A DNA stretch of 64,000 bases from an uncultured Alphaproteobacteria bacterium (GTDB lineage: Bacteria > Pseudomonadota > Alphaproteobacteria > Sphingomonadales > Sphingomonadaceae), in NCBI GenBank assembly GCA_963730925.1, contig CAVSTS010000008.1, forward strand, positions 121,457 to 185,456. The letters are read 5' to 3'. Of the stretch, positions 10,648 through 20,096 are shown piece after piece. How positions within the stretch are numbered: position 1 is the first letter of the stretch; each line of letters opens with the position of its first letter. The position numbers and the translations under genes are program-made. The notes under the pieces were generated by a model. That model ran no database searches, was not told the origin of the DNA, and saw only the letters and a program-made list of their open reading frames with translations.

Positions 10648-12066
10648 ATGATCTTCAATTCGCTAACCTTTTTGGCTTTTTTTGCGATCGTGCTGGCTCT
10701 GCACAACGCACCGTTCAGCTGGCACCAGAAGAAGATCAATCTGCTGATCGCGTCTTATCTTTTCTACGCGGCGTGGAATCCGCCGTTCGTCATTCTGCTT
10801 TGGGTCTCGACGGTTGTAGATTGGTGGGCGGCACAATGGATGGTGCGCGCCCGGCGCGAGCGGACTCGCAAGCTGTGGATGCTGACCTCGGTCATCGTGA
10901 ATCTCGGCATGTTGGGCTATTTCAAATACGGCGGTTTCCTGCTCGAAAATTTCGTGAGCATCGCCGCCTCGATCGGAATCATCTACCATCCGCCGCAGTG
11001 GGGCATCGTCCTTCCCGTCGGCATCAGTTTTTATACGTTTGCCACGCTGTCTTACACGCTGGACGTCTATCTGCGGCGCTCGGCGCCCGCGGGCAGCTTC
11101 CTCAATTATGCTTTGTTCGTGACCTTCTTTCCGCACCTGGTTGCGGGACCTATCATGCGGCCGACCGAACTCGTCCCACAGTTCGAGAAGCCGCGTAAGG
11201 CGACTGCCAATCAATTGTTCTTCGGCCTCGCTTTGCTGACTCTCGGCTTGTTTCAGAAAGTGGTGCTCGCGGACGGCTTTCTCTCGCCAGTAGTCGAAGC
11301 GGTCTACGATGCTCATGACAAAGTCCCGGGCATGCTCGACAGCTGGGTCGCGACGCTCGCCTTCGCTGGCCAGATTTTTTGTGATTTCGCGGGCTATTCG
11401 ACTTCGGCGATCGGAGTGGCCCTGTGCCTCGGCTTCGCCATGCCCGACAATTTCCGCTTTCCCTATGGCGCGGTCGGATTCTCCGACTTCTGGCGCCGCT
11501 GGCACATCACATTGTCATCCTGGCTGCGCGACTATCTCTACATACCCCTCGGTGGAAACCGCCATGGAGCGGGACGGACCTATATGGCGCTGATGGGCAC
11601 GATGCTGCTCGGCGGATTATGGCACGGAGCCAACTGGACCTTCGTCGTGTGGGGCGGGCTCCACGGTCTCTATCTATCGGTCGAGCGCTGGCTGCGAGGG
11701 CGCTTCAAGGGCTTCACTCCGGGACGAATCACACTCGTCGGCCTTGCGCTTCTCACCTTCCTCCTCGTGAACATTACCTGGGTGTTCTTCCGCGCCAAGA
11801 CTTTCGAAGAAGCCCATACGGTGCTCACCGGCATGGCCGGCATGTCGGTAAACCCGGAGCCGCTAATTGCTGCCGGGCCGATGATGATCGCGGTGTTCAT
11901 CGTCGGCGGCATTTTCGCAACCCATGTGGCGATGCGGAACACGACGCTTGAAGTCGTGCTCGAACGCTCGCCATCGATGGTCGTCGCCTGCGTCTGGACT
12001 CTGATGGCCTTCGCGGTGCTGGTCGAACAGGGGCAAGGCAATGCCTTCATCTACTTCGCATTCTGA
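10648..12066 (+). CDS. MBOAT family O-acyltransferase (AlgI/PatA-like)
   Basis: Start chosen at MIFNSLTF. Polytopic protein with the conserved WRRWHITLSSWLRDYLYIPLGG and LWHGA blocks, including the MBOAT histidine. Confidence 0.85.
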   Translation: MIFNSLTFLAFFAIVLALHNAPFSWHQKKINLLIASYLFYAAWNPPFVILLWVSTVVDWWAAQWMVRARRERTRKLWMLTSVIVNLGMLGYFKYGGFLLENFVSIAASIGIIYHPPQWGIVLPVGISFYTFATLSYTLDVYLRRSAPAGSFLNYALFVTFFPHLVAGPIMRPTELVPQFEKPRKATANQLFFGLALLTLGLFQKVVLADGFLSPVVEAVYDAHDKVPGMLDSWVATLAFAGQIFCDFAGYSTSAIGVALCLGFAMPDNFRFPYGAVGFSDFWRRWHITLSSWLRDYLYIPLGGNRHGAGRTYMALMGTMLLGGLWHGANWTFVVWGGLHGLYLSVERWLRGRFKGFTPGRITLVGLALLTFLLVNITWVFFRAKTFEEAHTVLTGMAGMSVNPEPLIAAGPMMIAVFIVGGIFATHVAMRNTTLEVVLERSPSMVVACVWTLMAFAVLVEQGQGNAFIYFAF

Positions 12067-13252
12067 GGCCCATGGGGGCGACGTGCGGGGCGTCCGCGAA
12101 GGTGCGCTCCCGTCGGGTCTCAGGAAAACCGCTGCGAACCGACCCGGTCAGGCGCAGCCGGTCCCGACGCGCGACATTCCGACGCAGCCATGGGCGCGGA
12201 TCGGCACGATCGTTTTCTTCGCCCTCGTCGTGCTGCTCTCATTTTGGGAGTGGCAAGCCCGGTCCAGCATCGGCTTGCGGGCAGGGGATCTCGACGACAG
12301 CCCGCAGGCCTGGGCAGAGCAGCGGCGCCTCGCCGACGCGGCTCCCGTCACCATCGTCGGAGACAGCCGAATCCTGTTCGACACGGATCTCGATCGCTTT
12401 CAGCAACTGACCGGCATCCGTCCGGTGCAGACGGCCATCGTCGGGACTAACGCCCGAGCGCTTCTCGAGAGCTATGCCAACGATCCGAAGTTCAAAGGGC
12501 TCTTGATCCTCGGCCTCGCCGATCTCAGCTATTTCCGACCGCAGGGTGTCGGTATCGGCGGACCGTATCTCAAGAATTTCGAAAAGAACGATAAGCCCTC
12601 ACAGCTGACCGGCCTGTGGCTCGATCGCTGGCTTCAGCGGCATTTGGCGTTCATGGATTCCGACTATCGGCTGAGCCGCTGGATTGCGCGCTTCGACCAT
12701 GGTTTGCGCAAGGAAACGTACGGTCCCTACGACGAAGTCTGGAAGATCTCGGAGACCCTCGACGGTCGACAATATTTCATGTGGGACCGGATCGAAACCG
12801 ACTCCTATTTGCGGGATCATGCCAGGCACGCCTGGAACGTATTCAAGGGTCCGCCGCTACCGCCGTTCATTGCGAGAAACGTGATCGCTCGAAGCGCTGA
12901 AGCTGTTCGGCGCATTCGCGAGCGCGGCGGTGATGTGATCTTCATTCGACCGCCTTCTGCCCCTGAGCTGCGCGTAGTGGAAGACAAGAGGCTTCCGAAG
13001 TCGATGGGTTGGGATGCACTTCTGACGGGCGCGAACGTTAAGGGCATTCACGCCGATGATCTCGCACAGGCGCAGAAACTGGTGATCCCCGAATGGTCGC
13101 ATCTCAACCGCAAGTGCGCGACCGTGTTCACCGACGCTTACGTTCGACGTCTGGTGACGCTGACTCCGCGCCTCAAATTGCAAGCAGGTGCCCCGCCTCC
13201 GCTCAGTCGCGTCGATTGTGTGCCAATCAGCAAGACATCAGCGCCGACTTAG
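12041..13252 (+). CDS. Membrane-anchored hypothetical protein, candidate periplasmic partner of the MBOAT enzyme
   Basis: Single N-terminal TM (IGTIVFFALVVLLSFWEW) followed by VTIVGDSRILFD, which resembles SGNH block I. Overlaps the MBOAT stop. Start codon uncertain. Confidence 0.5.
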   Translation: MPSSTSHSEAHGGDVRGVREGALPSGLRKTAANRPGQAQPVPTRDIPTQPWARIGTIVFFALVVLLSFWEWQARSSIGLRAGDLDDSPQAWAEQRRLADAAPVTIVGDSRILFDTDLDRFQQLTGIRPVQTAIVGTNARALLESYANDPKFKGLLILGLADLSYFRPQGVGIGGPYLKNFEKNDKPSQLTGLWLDRWLQRHLAFMDSDYRLSRWIARFDHGLRKETYGPYDEVWKISETLDGRQYFMWDRIETDSYLRDHARHAWNVFKGPPLPPFIARNVIARSAEAVRRIRERGGDVIFIRPPSAPELRVVEDKRLPKSMGWDALLTGANVKGIHADDLAQAQKLVIPEWSHLNRKCATVFTDAYVRRLVTLTPRLKLQAGAPPPLSRVDCVPISKTSAPT

Positions 13253-13389
13253 AGAAGCGCCTCAGGAATCGCAGGCGATCACGGCGCATACAGAACGATG
13301 CATTCACTGCTTTTTGCGGACACGCGCACGTCCCTGGGTCTTTAAGAAGGGCCGATGTTGGCCTAGCTGAGAGGTGAGGGAGCTAATCC

Positions 13390-15195
13390 ATGTCCAGCTA
13401 TGCCGACCGCCTGAAAGCGCTGCGCGAGCAGCTCAAAGCCGAACAGCTCGACGGCTTTGTCGTCCCTCTGACAGACGAGCATATGAGCGAATATGTTGGG
13501 AGCTACGCTCAGCGCCTGGCATGGCTGACCGGGTTCCAAGGCTCGGCCGGTTCTGCCGTCGTCTTGCCCGAGGAAGCGGCGATCTTCGTCGACGGTCGCT
13601 ACACTCTGCAGGTCCGCCAACAGGTTAGCCCGACCGAGTGGAGCTATCAGTCAGTGCCGGAAACGAGCACGACCGACTGGCTCAAGGAGCATGCGCCTGA
13701 AGGCGCGCGGGTCGGCTACGACCCATGGCTGCACACCAGCGACTGGGTGAAGAAAGCCAAGGAAGCGCTCGCCAGCCGTGGAGCGGAGCTCGTTCCGGTC
13801 GGGCGCAACCCCATCGACGAAATCTGGGCGGATCGGCCCGAGGCGTCGAAGGCCAAGCTGGTCGTCCAGGCGGACGAATATGCCGGCAAATCGGCGGCCG
13901 AGAAGCGCACGGAGATCGGCGACTGGCTCACCAAGCAGCACGCGGACGCAGCGGTGCTGTCCGCTCTCGATTCTATAGCCTGGGCGTTCAACGTCCGCGG
14001 GGAGGATGTCACCCACACCCCCGTCGCGCTGGCTTACGCGCTGGTCCACGCCGACGGCACTGCTGACTTGTTTGTGGCTTCGGAGAAGATCGGACCCGAT
14101 GTCGGGAAGCATCTAGGCAATGGCGTGCGGCTTCACGAACGTTCCGAATTCGAAAATGCGCTCGGCGGGCTGACGGACAAGACAGTCGTCGTCGACCCCG
14201 AGCGTGCCGTCGCCGCAATCTTCGACGCTTTGGAGCGCGCGGGCGCGAAGATCCTGCCGCTGCGCGATCCTGTGGTTCTTCCCAAAGCCGTCAAAAATCC
14301 CGTGGAGATTGCCGGTCAAAAAGCCGCGCAGGAACGCGACGGGACCGTCATCGCGCGCTTTCTCCGCTGGATCGACGAGGAGGCCCCAACAGGAGAAGTC
14401 GACGAGCTGCTCGCTTCGGACAAACTTGAGTCCCTGCGCCGCGAATCGCCCGCGTTGCGCGACCTCTCCTTTGACAGCATCTCAGGTGCGGGTCCGAACG
14501 GCGCCATCGTCCACTACAAGTCGAGCGAGAAGACCAATCGGAAGCTGGAGAAGGGCTCGCTCTACCTCATTGATTCTGGCGGACAATATGTCGACGGCAC
14601 GACCGATATCACTCGCACCGTGCCGATCGGCGAGCCCACCGATGAAATGCGTGATCGTTTCACCCGAGTGCTGAAGGGCCATATCGCGATCGCGACCGCC
14701 GTTTTTCCGAAGGGCACACGCGGCAGCCAACTCGATAGTTTTGCCCGGCGGCCCTTGTGGGAAGCGGGTCTCGACTATGCTCATGGGACCGGCCACGGAG
14801 TTGGCAGTTTCCTTTCGGTGCATGAGGGGCCACAGCGCATTTCGCCGGTCGGGAGCTCCCAAAGCGGTGGCGACGAGCCGTTGCTTCCGGGCATGATCCT
14901 TTCCAACGAGCCGGGATATTACAAAACAGGAGAGTACGGGATTCGCATCGAGAATCTTGTGCTCGTCGTCGAGCGCGAGATCGAAGGCGCCGAAAAGGAA
15001 ATGCTTGGCTTTGAAACCCTGACCTTCGCGCCGATCGACCGCCGGCTCGTCGCGGCGGAAATGCTGGAGCCGGAGGAGCTGATCTGGCTGAATTGCTATC
15101 ATGCTCATGTGTTGGCCAAGATCGGGCCGAGGCTGTCCGGGCCGGATCTGGCCTGGCTTCAGCGGGCCTGCGCTCCGATCGAACCCACAGCCTAA
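13390..15195 (+). CDS. pepP: Xaa-Pro aminopeptidase (M24B, aminopeptidase P)
   Basis: 601 aa with HGTGHGVG, NEPGYY and IRIEN metal-ligand blocks. Confidence 0.85.
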   Translation: MSSYADRLKALREQLKAEQLDGFVVPLTDEHMSEYVGSYAQRLAWLTGFQGSAGSAVVLPEEAAIFVDGRYTLQVRQQVSPTEWSYQSVPETSTTDWLKEHAPEGARVGYDPWLHTSDWVKKAKEALASRGAELVPVGRNPIDEIWADRPEASKAKLVVQADEYAGKSAAEKRTEIGDWLTKQHADAAVLSALDSIAWAFNVRGEDVTHTPVALAYALVHADGTADLFVASEKIGPDVGKHLGNGVRLHERSEFENALGGLTDKTVVVDPERAVAAIFDALERAGAKILPLRDPVVLPKAVKNPVEIAGQKAAQERDGTVIARFLRWIDEEAPTGEVDELLASDKLESLRRESPALRDLSFDSISGAGPNGAIVHYKSSEKTNRKLEKGSLYLIDSGGQYVDGTTDITRTVPIGEPTDEMRDRFTRVLKGHIAIATAVFPKGTRGSQLDSFARRPLWEAGLDYAHGTGHGVGSFLSVHEGPQRISPVGSSQSGGDEPLLPGMILSNEPGYYKTGEYGIRIENLVLVVEREIEGAEKEMLGFETLTFAPIDRRLVAAEMLEPEELIWLNCYHAHVLAKIGPRLSGPDLAWLQRACAPIEPTA

Positions 15196-15590
15196 TGAAC
15201 GGCAAGTCGCTCTACGATTTCCCGATTCATCTTGGACTTGGCGCGCGCGCCATTTCCGAATCGCAGTTCACGGGCCCGGAGTGGTACGACGAATATCTCG
15301 AGCGGCACGCTGGCGATCTCGACGAAGGGCGGATCGTCAGTCTGTTCCGCTTCGAGGAAAGTTGGACGAGTTGGGAGATGCACCCCGCCGGAGACGAGGT
15401 TGTTTGCTGCCTCCAGGGACAGATGACGCTGCATCAGGAGCTGCCGGACGGGTCGAAATGCTCCTATTCCCTTAGCGCCGGCGATTATGCCATCAATCCG
15501 CCCGGGGCCTGGCACACGGCGGATGCCGAAGGGCCGGTGGTTGCGCTCTTCATCACGGCTGGAAAGGGCACCACGCATCGGCCGCGCTAG
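15195..15590 (+). CDS. Cupin domain protein
   Basis: ATG at 15195 sits immediately after the pepP stop. MHPAGDEVVCCLQG...AWHTA cupin motifs. Confidence 0.6.
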   Translation: MNGKSLYDFPIHLGLGARAISESQFTGPEWYDEYLERHAGDLDEGRIVSLFRFEESWTSWEMHPAGDEVVCCLQGQMTLHQELPDGSKCSYSLSAGDYAINPPGAWHTADAEGPVVALFITAGKGTTHRPR

Positions 15591-15703
15591 CCCCGCGGCT
15601 TCTCCTTCTCGTCGGTCGCGCGCCCTTGAGCCTTGCGCTTGCGCAAATTCTCTCGGAGCGCCGCAGCCAGCCGTTCCTGGCGTTCCGTGTCTTTCGCTGC
15701 CAT
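15587..15703 (-). CDS. Small basic hypothetical protein (38 aa)
   Basis: ATG ORF MAAKDTERQERLAAALRENLRKRKAQGRATDEKEKPRG. Called only from ORF shape and composition. Confidence 0.3.
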   Translation of the reverse strand: MAAKDTERQERLAAALRENLRKRKAQGRATDEKEKPRG

Positions 15704-15795
15704 ATGAACCACATGGCTCGCGCGCTCCCGGCTCGCAACCCGGGTTGACAGGCGAAGGGCCACGCCGTCATAGGCGCGCCACTTCCGGACAAAGT

Positions 15796-15870
<75 letters not shown>

Positions 15871-15954
15871 CCGCCTTCTACAACTGATCCCGGGGATCAG
15901 CGGAGCAGGCGATCCCCGCATTGACGCTCGCACCTGGGCTCGCCATGCGGCGGA

Positions 15955-16956
15955 ATGCGCTTCTTCTCGGACAATGCCGCGGCCGCGCACCCCAAGGTCA
16001 TCGAGGCGATCATCGCCTCGAACCGGATCGACACCGCCTATGACGGCGATGCGTGGAGCGCTCGACTAGACCTTGCCTTTTCCGAGCTGTTCGAGACCGA
16101 CGTTCGTGCTTTCTGGGTGACGACCGGGACTGCCGCGAATTGCCTCGCGCTCGCAGCAATCTGCCCGCCGTATCGCGCGATCCTTTGCCATAGGGACGCG
16201 CATATCGAGGTGGACGAGGCGGGTGCTCCGGGGTTCTTCACCGGCGGCGCCAAGCTCATCCTCCTCGACGGTCCGGGCGCCAAGATCAATCCGGAAACCG
16301 TAACGCAGGCCTGCGATCGCGTTCGCAAGGACGTGCATCAGGTACAGCCAGCGGCCATGTCGATCACCAATGCGAGCGAATATGGGCTCGTCTATCGCGC
16401 GGATGAGGTCGCCGCTCTCGGCAAGCTCGCGAAACAGCGCGGCCTCGCTTTTCATATGGACGGCGCCCGGTTCGCCAATGCGCTCGCGACAACCGGCGAG
16501 AGTCCGGCCGACGTGACGTGGCGCGCAGGCGTGGAGGCCCTCAGTTTCGGGTTCGTCAAGAACGGCGGACTCAACGCCGAGGCGCTGATCCTCTTCAGGA
16601 CTGAACTGGCGGACGAAATCGAAGTGCGGCGGAAGCGAGCGGGCCATCTGCTTTCCAAAGGACGCATGCTGGCCGCACAAATCCTTGCGCTGCTCGAAAA
16701 CGGCCTGTGGCTCGACAATGCGCGGGCGGCGAACGCGGCGGCCCAGTCTCTGGCGAAGGCCGCGCCGGATCGGCTCATCTATCCGGTTGAGGCGAACGAG
16801 CTATTTCTTCGCACGAGCGTGGATGAGGCGGAGCATCTGCGGCGCCAAGGCGTGGATTTCTACGACTGGGGACCAGGAGAGATTCGTCTGGTTACCAGCT
16901 GGGACCAGCGGGACGCCGAGGTCGCGCAGCTAGCCTCAGCGATTGCCGCGCTGTGA
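15955..16956 (+). CDS. ltaE: Low-specificity L-threonine aldolase (PLP-dependent)
   Basis: 333 aa starting MRFFSDN, with GTAAN and FVKNG lysine blocks typical of beta-eliminating lyase/threonine aldolase. Confidence 0.75.
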   Translation: MRFFSDNAAAAHPKVIEAIIASNRIDTAYDGDAWSARLDLAFSELFETDVRAFWVTTGTAANCLALAAICPPYRAILCHRDAHIEVDEAGAPGFFTGGAKLILLDGPGAKINPETVTQACDRVRKDVHQVQPAAMSITNASEYGLVYRADEVAALGKLAKQRGLAFHMDGARFANALATTGESPADVTWRAGVEALSFGFVKNGGLNAEALILFRTELADEIEVRRKRAGHLLSKGRMLAAQILALLENGLWLDNARAANAAAQSLAKAAPDRLIYPVEANELFLRTSVDEAEHLRRQGVDFYDWGPGEIRLVTSWDQRDAEVAQLASAIAAL

Positions 16957-17882
16957 GCGGCGGACAAGGATCCAGTTTCAGGAACGTCACGCTCCCTTTC
17001 ATCATTTTCACGGCGATCTGGGGCTCGACTTGGATCGTGATCCGCGACCAATTGGGTATCGTTCCAGCGCAGTGGTCGGTGACCTACCGCTTCGCCATCG
17101 CCGCCGTTGCGATGGCAGCGGTCGCCGCATTCAAAGGACACGATCTGCGGCTCGCCCGCTCCGCTCTGACACCGGTCGCGTTCCTCGGCTTCACCCAATT
17201 CTCAGTGAATTTCCTCGCGGTATATCTCGCCGAGCGGCACATCACTTCGGGGGTCGTCGCGACGATCTTTGCCCTGCTGATGATCCCGAGCACGTTGCTT
17301 GCCTGGGCATTCCTCGGCCACAAGCCGACGACCCGTTTCCTCTCCAGCTCGCTGGTCGCGATCGCCGGAATTGCTTTGCTCTTCGTCCATGAGTTTCAGC
17401 AACATTCCGCTCGCGCGGCGGAGATCAGGGCTGGCATCGGTCTTACCTTTGTCGGAATGCTTGGCGCGGCGGCGGGAAATGTCCTGCAGGCGCGGGACGA
17501 AGTCCGCCGGATTCCGTTGTTCCCGATGATCGCCTGGTCGATGGCTGCAGGAGCACTCATCGACGGAGCCATTGCGTTCGCGATGACGGGTCCGCCGGTC
17601 TTCGACACGCGCCCGGGCTATTGGCTCGGCTTGCTCTATCTCGCGCTGCCCGCCTCGGTGCTCACCTTCAGCCTCTATTACCCCGTCGTCCGCAAGATCG
17701 GGCCCGCGAAGGCCGCTTATTCAAGCGTATTGGTGCCGATCATCGCCATGGCCTTCTCGACGGCGATCGAAGGTTATCGCTGGACCGCCATTGCCGTGAT
17801 CGGCGCCGTCCTTGCCCTTGGCGGCATGATTGGCGCACTTAGCCGACCGCGCGGCGTCCTGCCTGCGCCGGACGCCGCCTAA
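16953..17882 (+). CDS. EamA/DMT family transporter
   Basis: About 10 predicted TM segments in two EamA-like halves. The start overlaps the ltaE stop. Confidence 0.75.
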   Translation: MSGGQGSSFRNVTLPFIIFTAIWGSTWIVIRDQLGIVPAQWSVTYRFAIAAVAMAAVAAFKGHDLRLARSALTPVAFLGFTQFSVNFLAVYLAERHITSGVVATIFALLMIPSTLLAWAFLGHKPTTRFLSSSLVAIAGIALLFVHEFQQHSARAAEIRAGIGLTFVGMLGAAAGNVLQARDEVRRIPLFPMIAWSMAAGALIDGAIAFAMTGPPVFDTRPGYWLGLLYLALPASVLTFSLYYPVVRKIGPAKAAYSSVLVPIIAMAFSTAIEGYRWTAIAVIGAVLALGGMIGALSRPRGVLPAPDAA

Positions 17883-17888
17883 GGGTGA

Positions 17889-18284
17889 TCAGCCCTTGCG
17901 GTTGGCGAGATATTGATCCTTGCTGATCGCATGGACTGCCGTGATCGGGCACCGCTGAGTTCCCGACGGATCGGGGACGATCAGCTCCGCGTCCATGCCC
18001 TCGCATACGAATGAGCCCCCGCCCGTTGCCCGGATGCCGACGCTCGTCGCGAAGTTGATATTGTTCGGACAACCGCCGCCGAGGGTCAGATGATAGTAAC
18101 GGCTGGCCCCCACCTGGACGTCCACATTGCCATCCTTGGTTGCGTTGAAACTATTGACCTCGCTCGGAAGGAAACACTGCCGGCCGCTGGCCTGGGTGCT
18201 TGGAGTTCCGGCCTGCTGTCCCGCGCACCCCGCGAGAGCCGCGCAACCCAATAACGAAAGGACGAACGTCGAAGATTTCATCAT
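17889..18284 (-). CDS. Cys-containing lipoprotein, paralog A
   Basis: Lipobox LAGC. Conserved RQCFL..EV, CP, CEG and PDP.G...C pattern shared with the neighbouring gene. Confidence 0.7.
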   Translation of the reverse strand: MMKSSTFVLSLLGCAALAGCAGQQAGTPSTQASGRQCFLPSEVNSFNATKDGNVDVQVGASRYYHLTLGGGCPNNINFATSVGIRATGGGSFVCEGMDAELIVPDPSGTQRCPITAVHAISKDQYLANRKG

Positions 18285-18344
18285 GGCGCATACCCCTGTC
18301 TCAGTCCGACCGGACCGCCGATTTTAGATCAAACTGCTGTTCGC

Positions 18345-18776
18345 TCAAGCGCGCTTGACGGAGCGCGTTCCAGTCGGCCGGATCGAAGCGACTTCACCGG
18401 GGGTCAACCGCCGGATGTCACTGACGAAACAGCTGCGGTTCAGGCCGATCGGGTCAGGCGCGATCAGGAACGAATTCTGGCCTTCGCAAAGCCAGTTCGA
18501 ATTGCGCGGTCGGATCGCGATCTGCATCAGCCAGTCCATATGCGGGCAGGAGCTGTTCAGCCGCATGCCGAACCAGCGGTCGCCACCCACGTTGACGTTC
18601 ACGAAACCGTCCGGGCCGGGCGTATAGCTGTGGACCTCATTGGCGAGGAAACATTGGCGTGCACTGGATTGTCCGATTGCCTCGGACGTCCCGTACGGCT
18701 GTGCCGCGCAGCCGGCCAATGCGCCGAAGCTGGCGAGTGAGCCGACTAATGCAAGGATTTTGACCGGTTCAACCAT
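18345..18776 (-). CDS. Cys-containing lipoprotein, paralog B
   Basis: Start chosen at MVEPVKIL. Lipobox LAGC. Same four-Cys pattern as paralog A. Confidence 0.65.
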   Translation of the reverse strand: MVEPVKILALVGSLASFGALAGCAAQPYGTSEAIGQSSARQCFLANEVHSYTPGPDGFVNVNVGGDRWFGMRLNSSCPHMDWLMQIAIRPRNSNWLCEGQNSFLIAPDPIGLNRSCFVSDIRRLTPGEVASIRPTGTRSVKRA

Positions 18777-18894
18777 CGCGCTGCTCCTCCAAGGGGCGTC
18801 AGCGGGTCCGCGACTCGAACGCCCCGACATTGGCATTCGCCAACCTATCATAAATCCGGCTGCCACGATGCGCTCGATCGAGCGTTAAGCCGAC

Positions 18895-19116
18895 ATGCCC
18901 TCTACCGTCATCCGCCGTTTCGCTTACGATCATGAAGCGAGCGAGTTGTGGGTCGAATTCGTCACCGGCCGCCGCTACGTCTATTCCGGCGTGCCGCCGC
19001 AAGTCGCCGAAGCGCTCGGCTTGGCTTTCGCCAAAGGCGTCTATTTCAACACACGCATCCGCGATCGCTTCCCGCATCGGGAGGTCGAGCGCCATGACCA
19101 CGCAACCGAATCCTAA
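18895..19116 (+). CDS. KTSC domain protein
   Basis: 73 aa with the FAYDHEASELWVEFVTGRRYVYSGVP pattern typical of the KTSC domain. Confidence 0.65.
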   Translation: MPSTVIRRFAYDHEASELWVEFVTGRRYVYSGVPPQVAEALGLAFAKGVYFNTRIRDRFPHREVERHDHATES

Positions 19117-19141
19117 TGTGCGCCTTAGCGCGACACGCTGG

Positions 19142-19687
19142 CTAACATTCGATCGTGGAGATGCGCCACCGTCGCTGTTCTTCCGTCGAACCGGGCACGT
19201 CGTTCACTCGGCGAAGAGTCACTTCTCCAGAACATTTGAACGGTTCGTTGGACTTGGTCTCGCCGTAAAGGATCACCGGGATCGTGATGTAGATGGAACC
19301 CGCCGCACCCTCCATGTCGCCGGGATTGCCGATTTCGAGATGCGCGTCCGAGTAACCTTTCAGTCTTGATTCGAATTGCGCTGCACCATTCGGATCGCCC
19401 CACAAAGCGCGCGCCTCCGCGAAGCGCTTCTGTTCGATCAGGGCGCCATAATGCTGCACCACCTGGCCCGCGCCTTCCGCGCTCTTCGGGTCGATCGGAC
19501 CTGTAGGTTCGGCGAGCGGCGTCGGCTGATTCGCCAGCACGGCATTCGTGACGACGTTCTCCGGCGCAGGTGGAACCGCGGCGTTCGTCGACTCGGCGGG
19601 CGCATTGGTGGCCGGCTGTTCCGTCTGTCGATTGCACGAGCAAAGCGCCAGCAAAGTCACCGAAAACATAAAACCGACTGATTTCAT
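19142..19687 (-). CDS. Lipoprotein, function unknown
   Basis: Start chosen at MKSVGFMFSVTLLALCSC (lipobox). The upstream part of the 274-aa ORF is low-complexity. Confidence 0.6.
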   Translation of the reverse strand: MKSVGFMFSVTLLALCSCNRQTEQPATNAPAESTNAAVPPAPENVVTNAVLANQPTPLAEPTGPIDPKSAEGAGQVVQHYGALIEQKRFAEARALWGDPNGAAQFESRLKGYSDAHLEIGNPGDMEGAAGSIYITIPVILYGETKSNEPFKCSGEVTLRRVNDVPGSTEEQRRWRISTIEC

Positions 19688-19768
19688 CACCGACCCTCCA
19701 TCCGGAACCGGTCCGCCACCGGTTCGTTCGTTTCGCCAATACAACAGCAAATCACAGGGAGAGTTTCC

Positions 19769-19972
19769 ATGGCCGATGATCGCGACAACGGCGAACGAAC
19801 GACCATCGTGGAAACGGGCGGTGGCGGGGGAGGCGGAGTCCTTGCCGTCGTCCTTCTCATCATCGTCGTGCTGGTCTTGCTGTTCTTGTTCCGTGGCCAA
19901 CTCGGTCTCGGCGGGAGCAAGACCACTGTCGAAGTCCCAGACAAGATCGACGTGAACGTCAACCACAATTGA
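19769..19972 (+). CDS. Small single-pass membrane protein
   Basis: 67 aa with a G7 run followed by the strongly hydrophobic VLAVVLLIIVVLVLLFLF. A terminator follows. Confidence 0.45.
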   Translation: MADDRDNGERTTIVETGGGGGGGVLAVVLLIIVVLVLLFLFRGQLGLGGSKTTVEVPDKIDVNVNHN

Positions 19973-20017
19973 GTGCTCGAACGAGCGCGGGCGGGTTGCG
20001 AGTCCCCGCCTGGGCGC

Positions 20018-20052
20018 GGGCGCGGCTCAAACGAGCCGCGCCCGTTTGAGTT
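20018..20052 (+). terminator. Rho-independent terminator-like hairpin
   Basis: GGGCGCGGCTC-AAAC-GAGCCGCGCCC followed by GTTTGAGTT. Confidence 0.5.
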
Positions 20053-20096
20053 CAGGTTCGTTTGAGTTTCTGGGGCCGACGCTCTAACCGGCGCGC

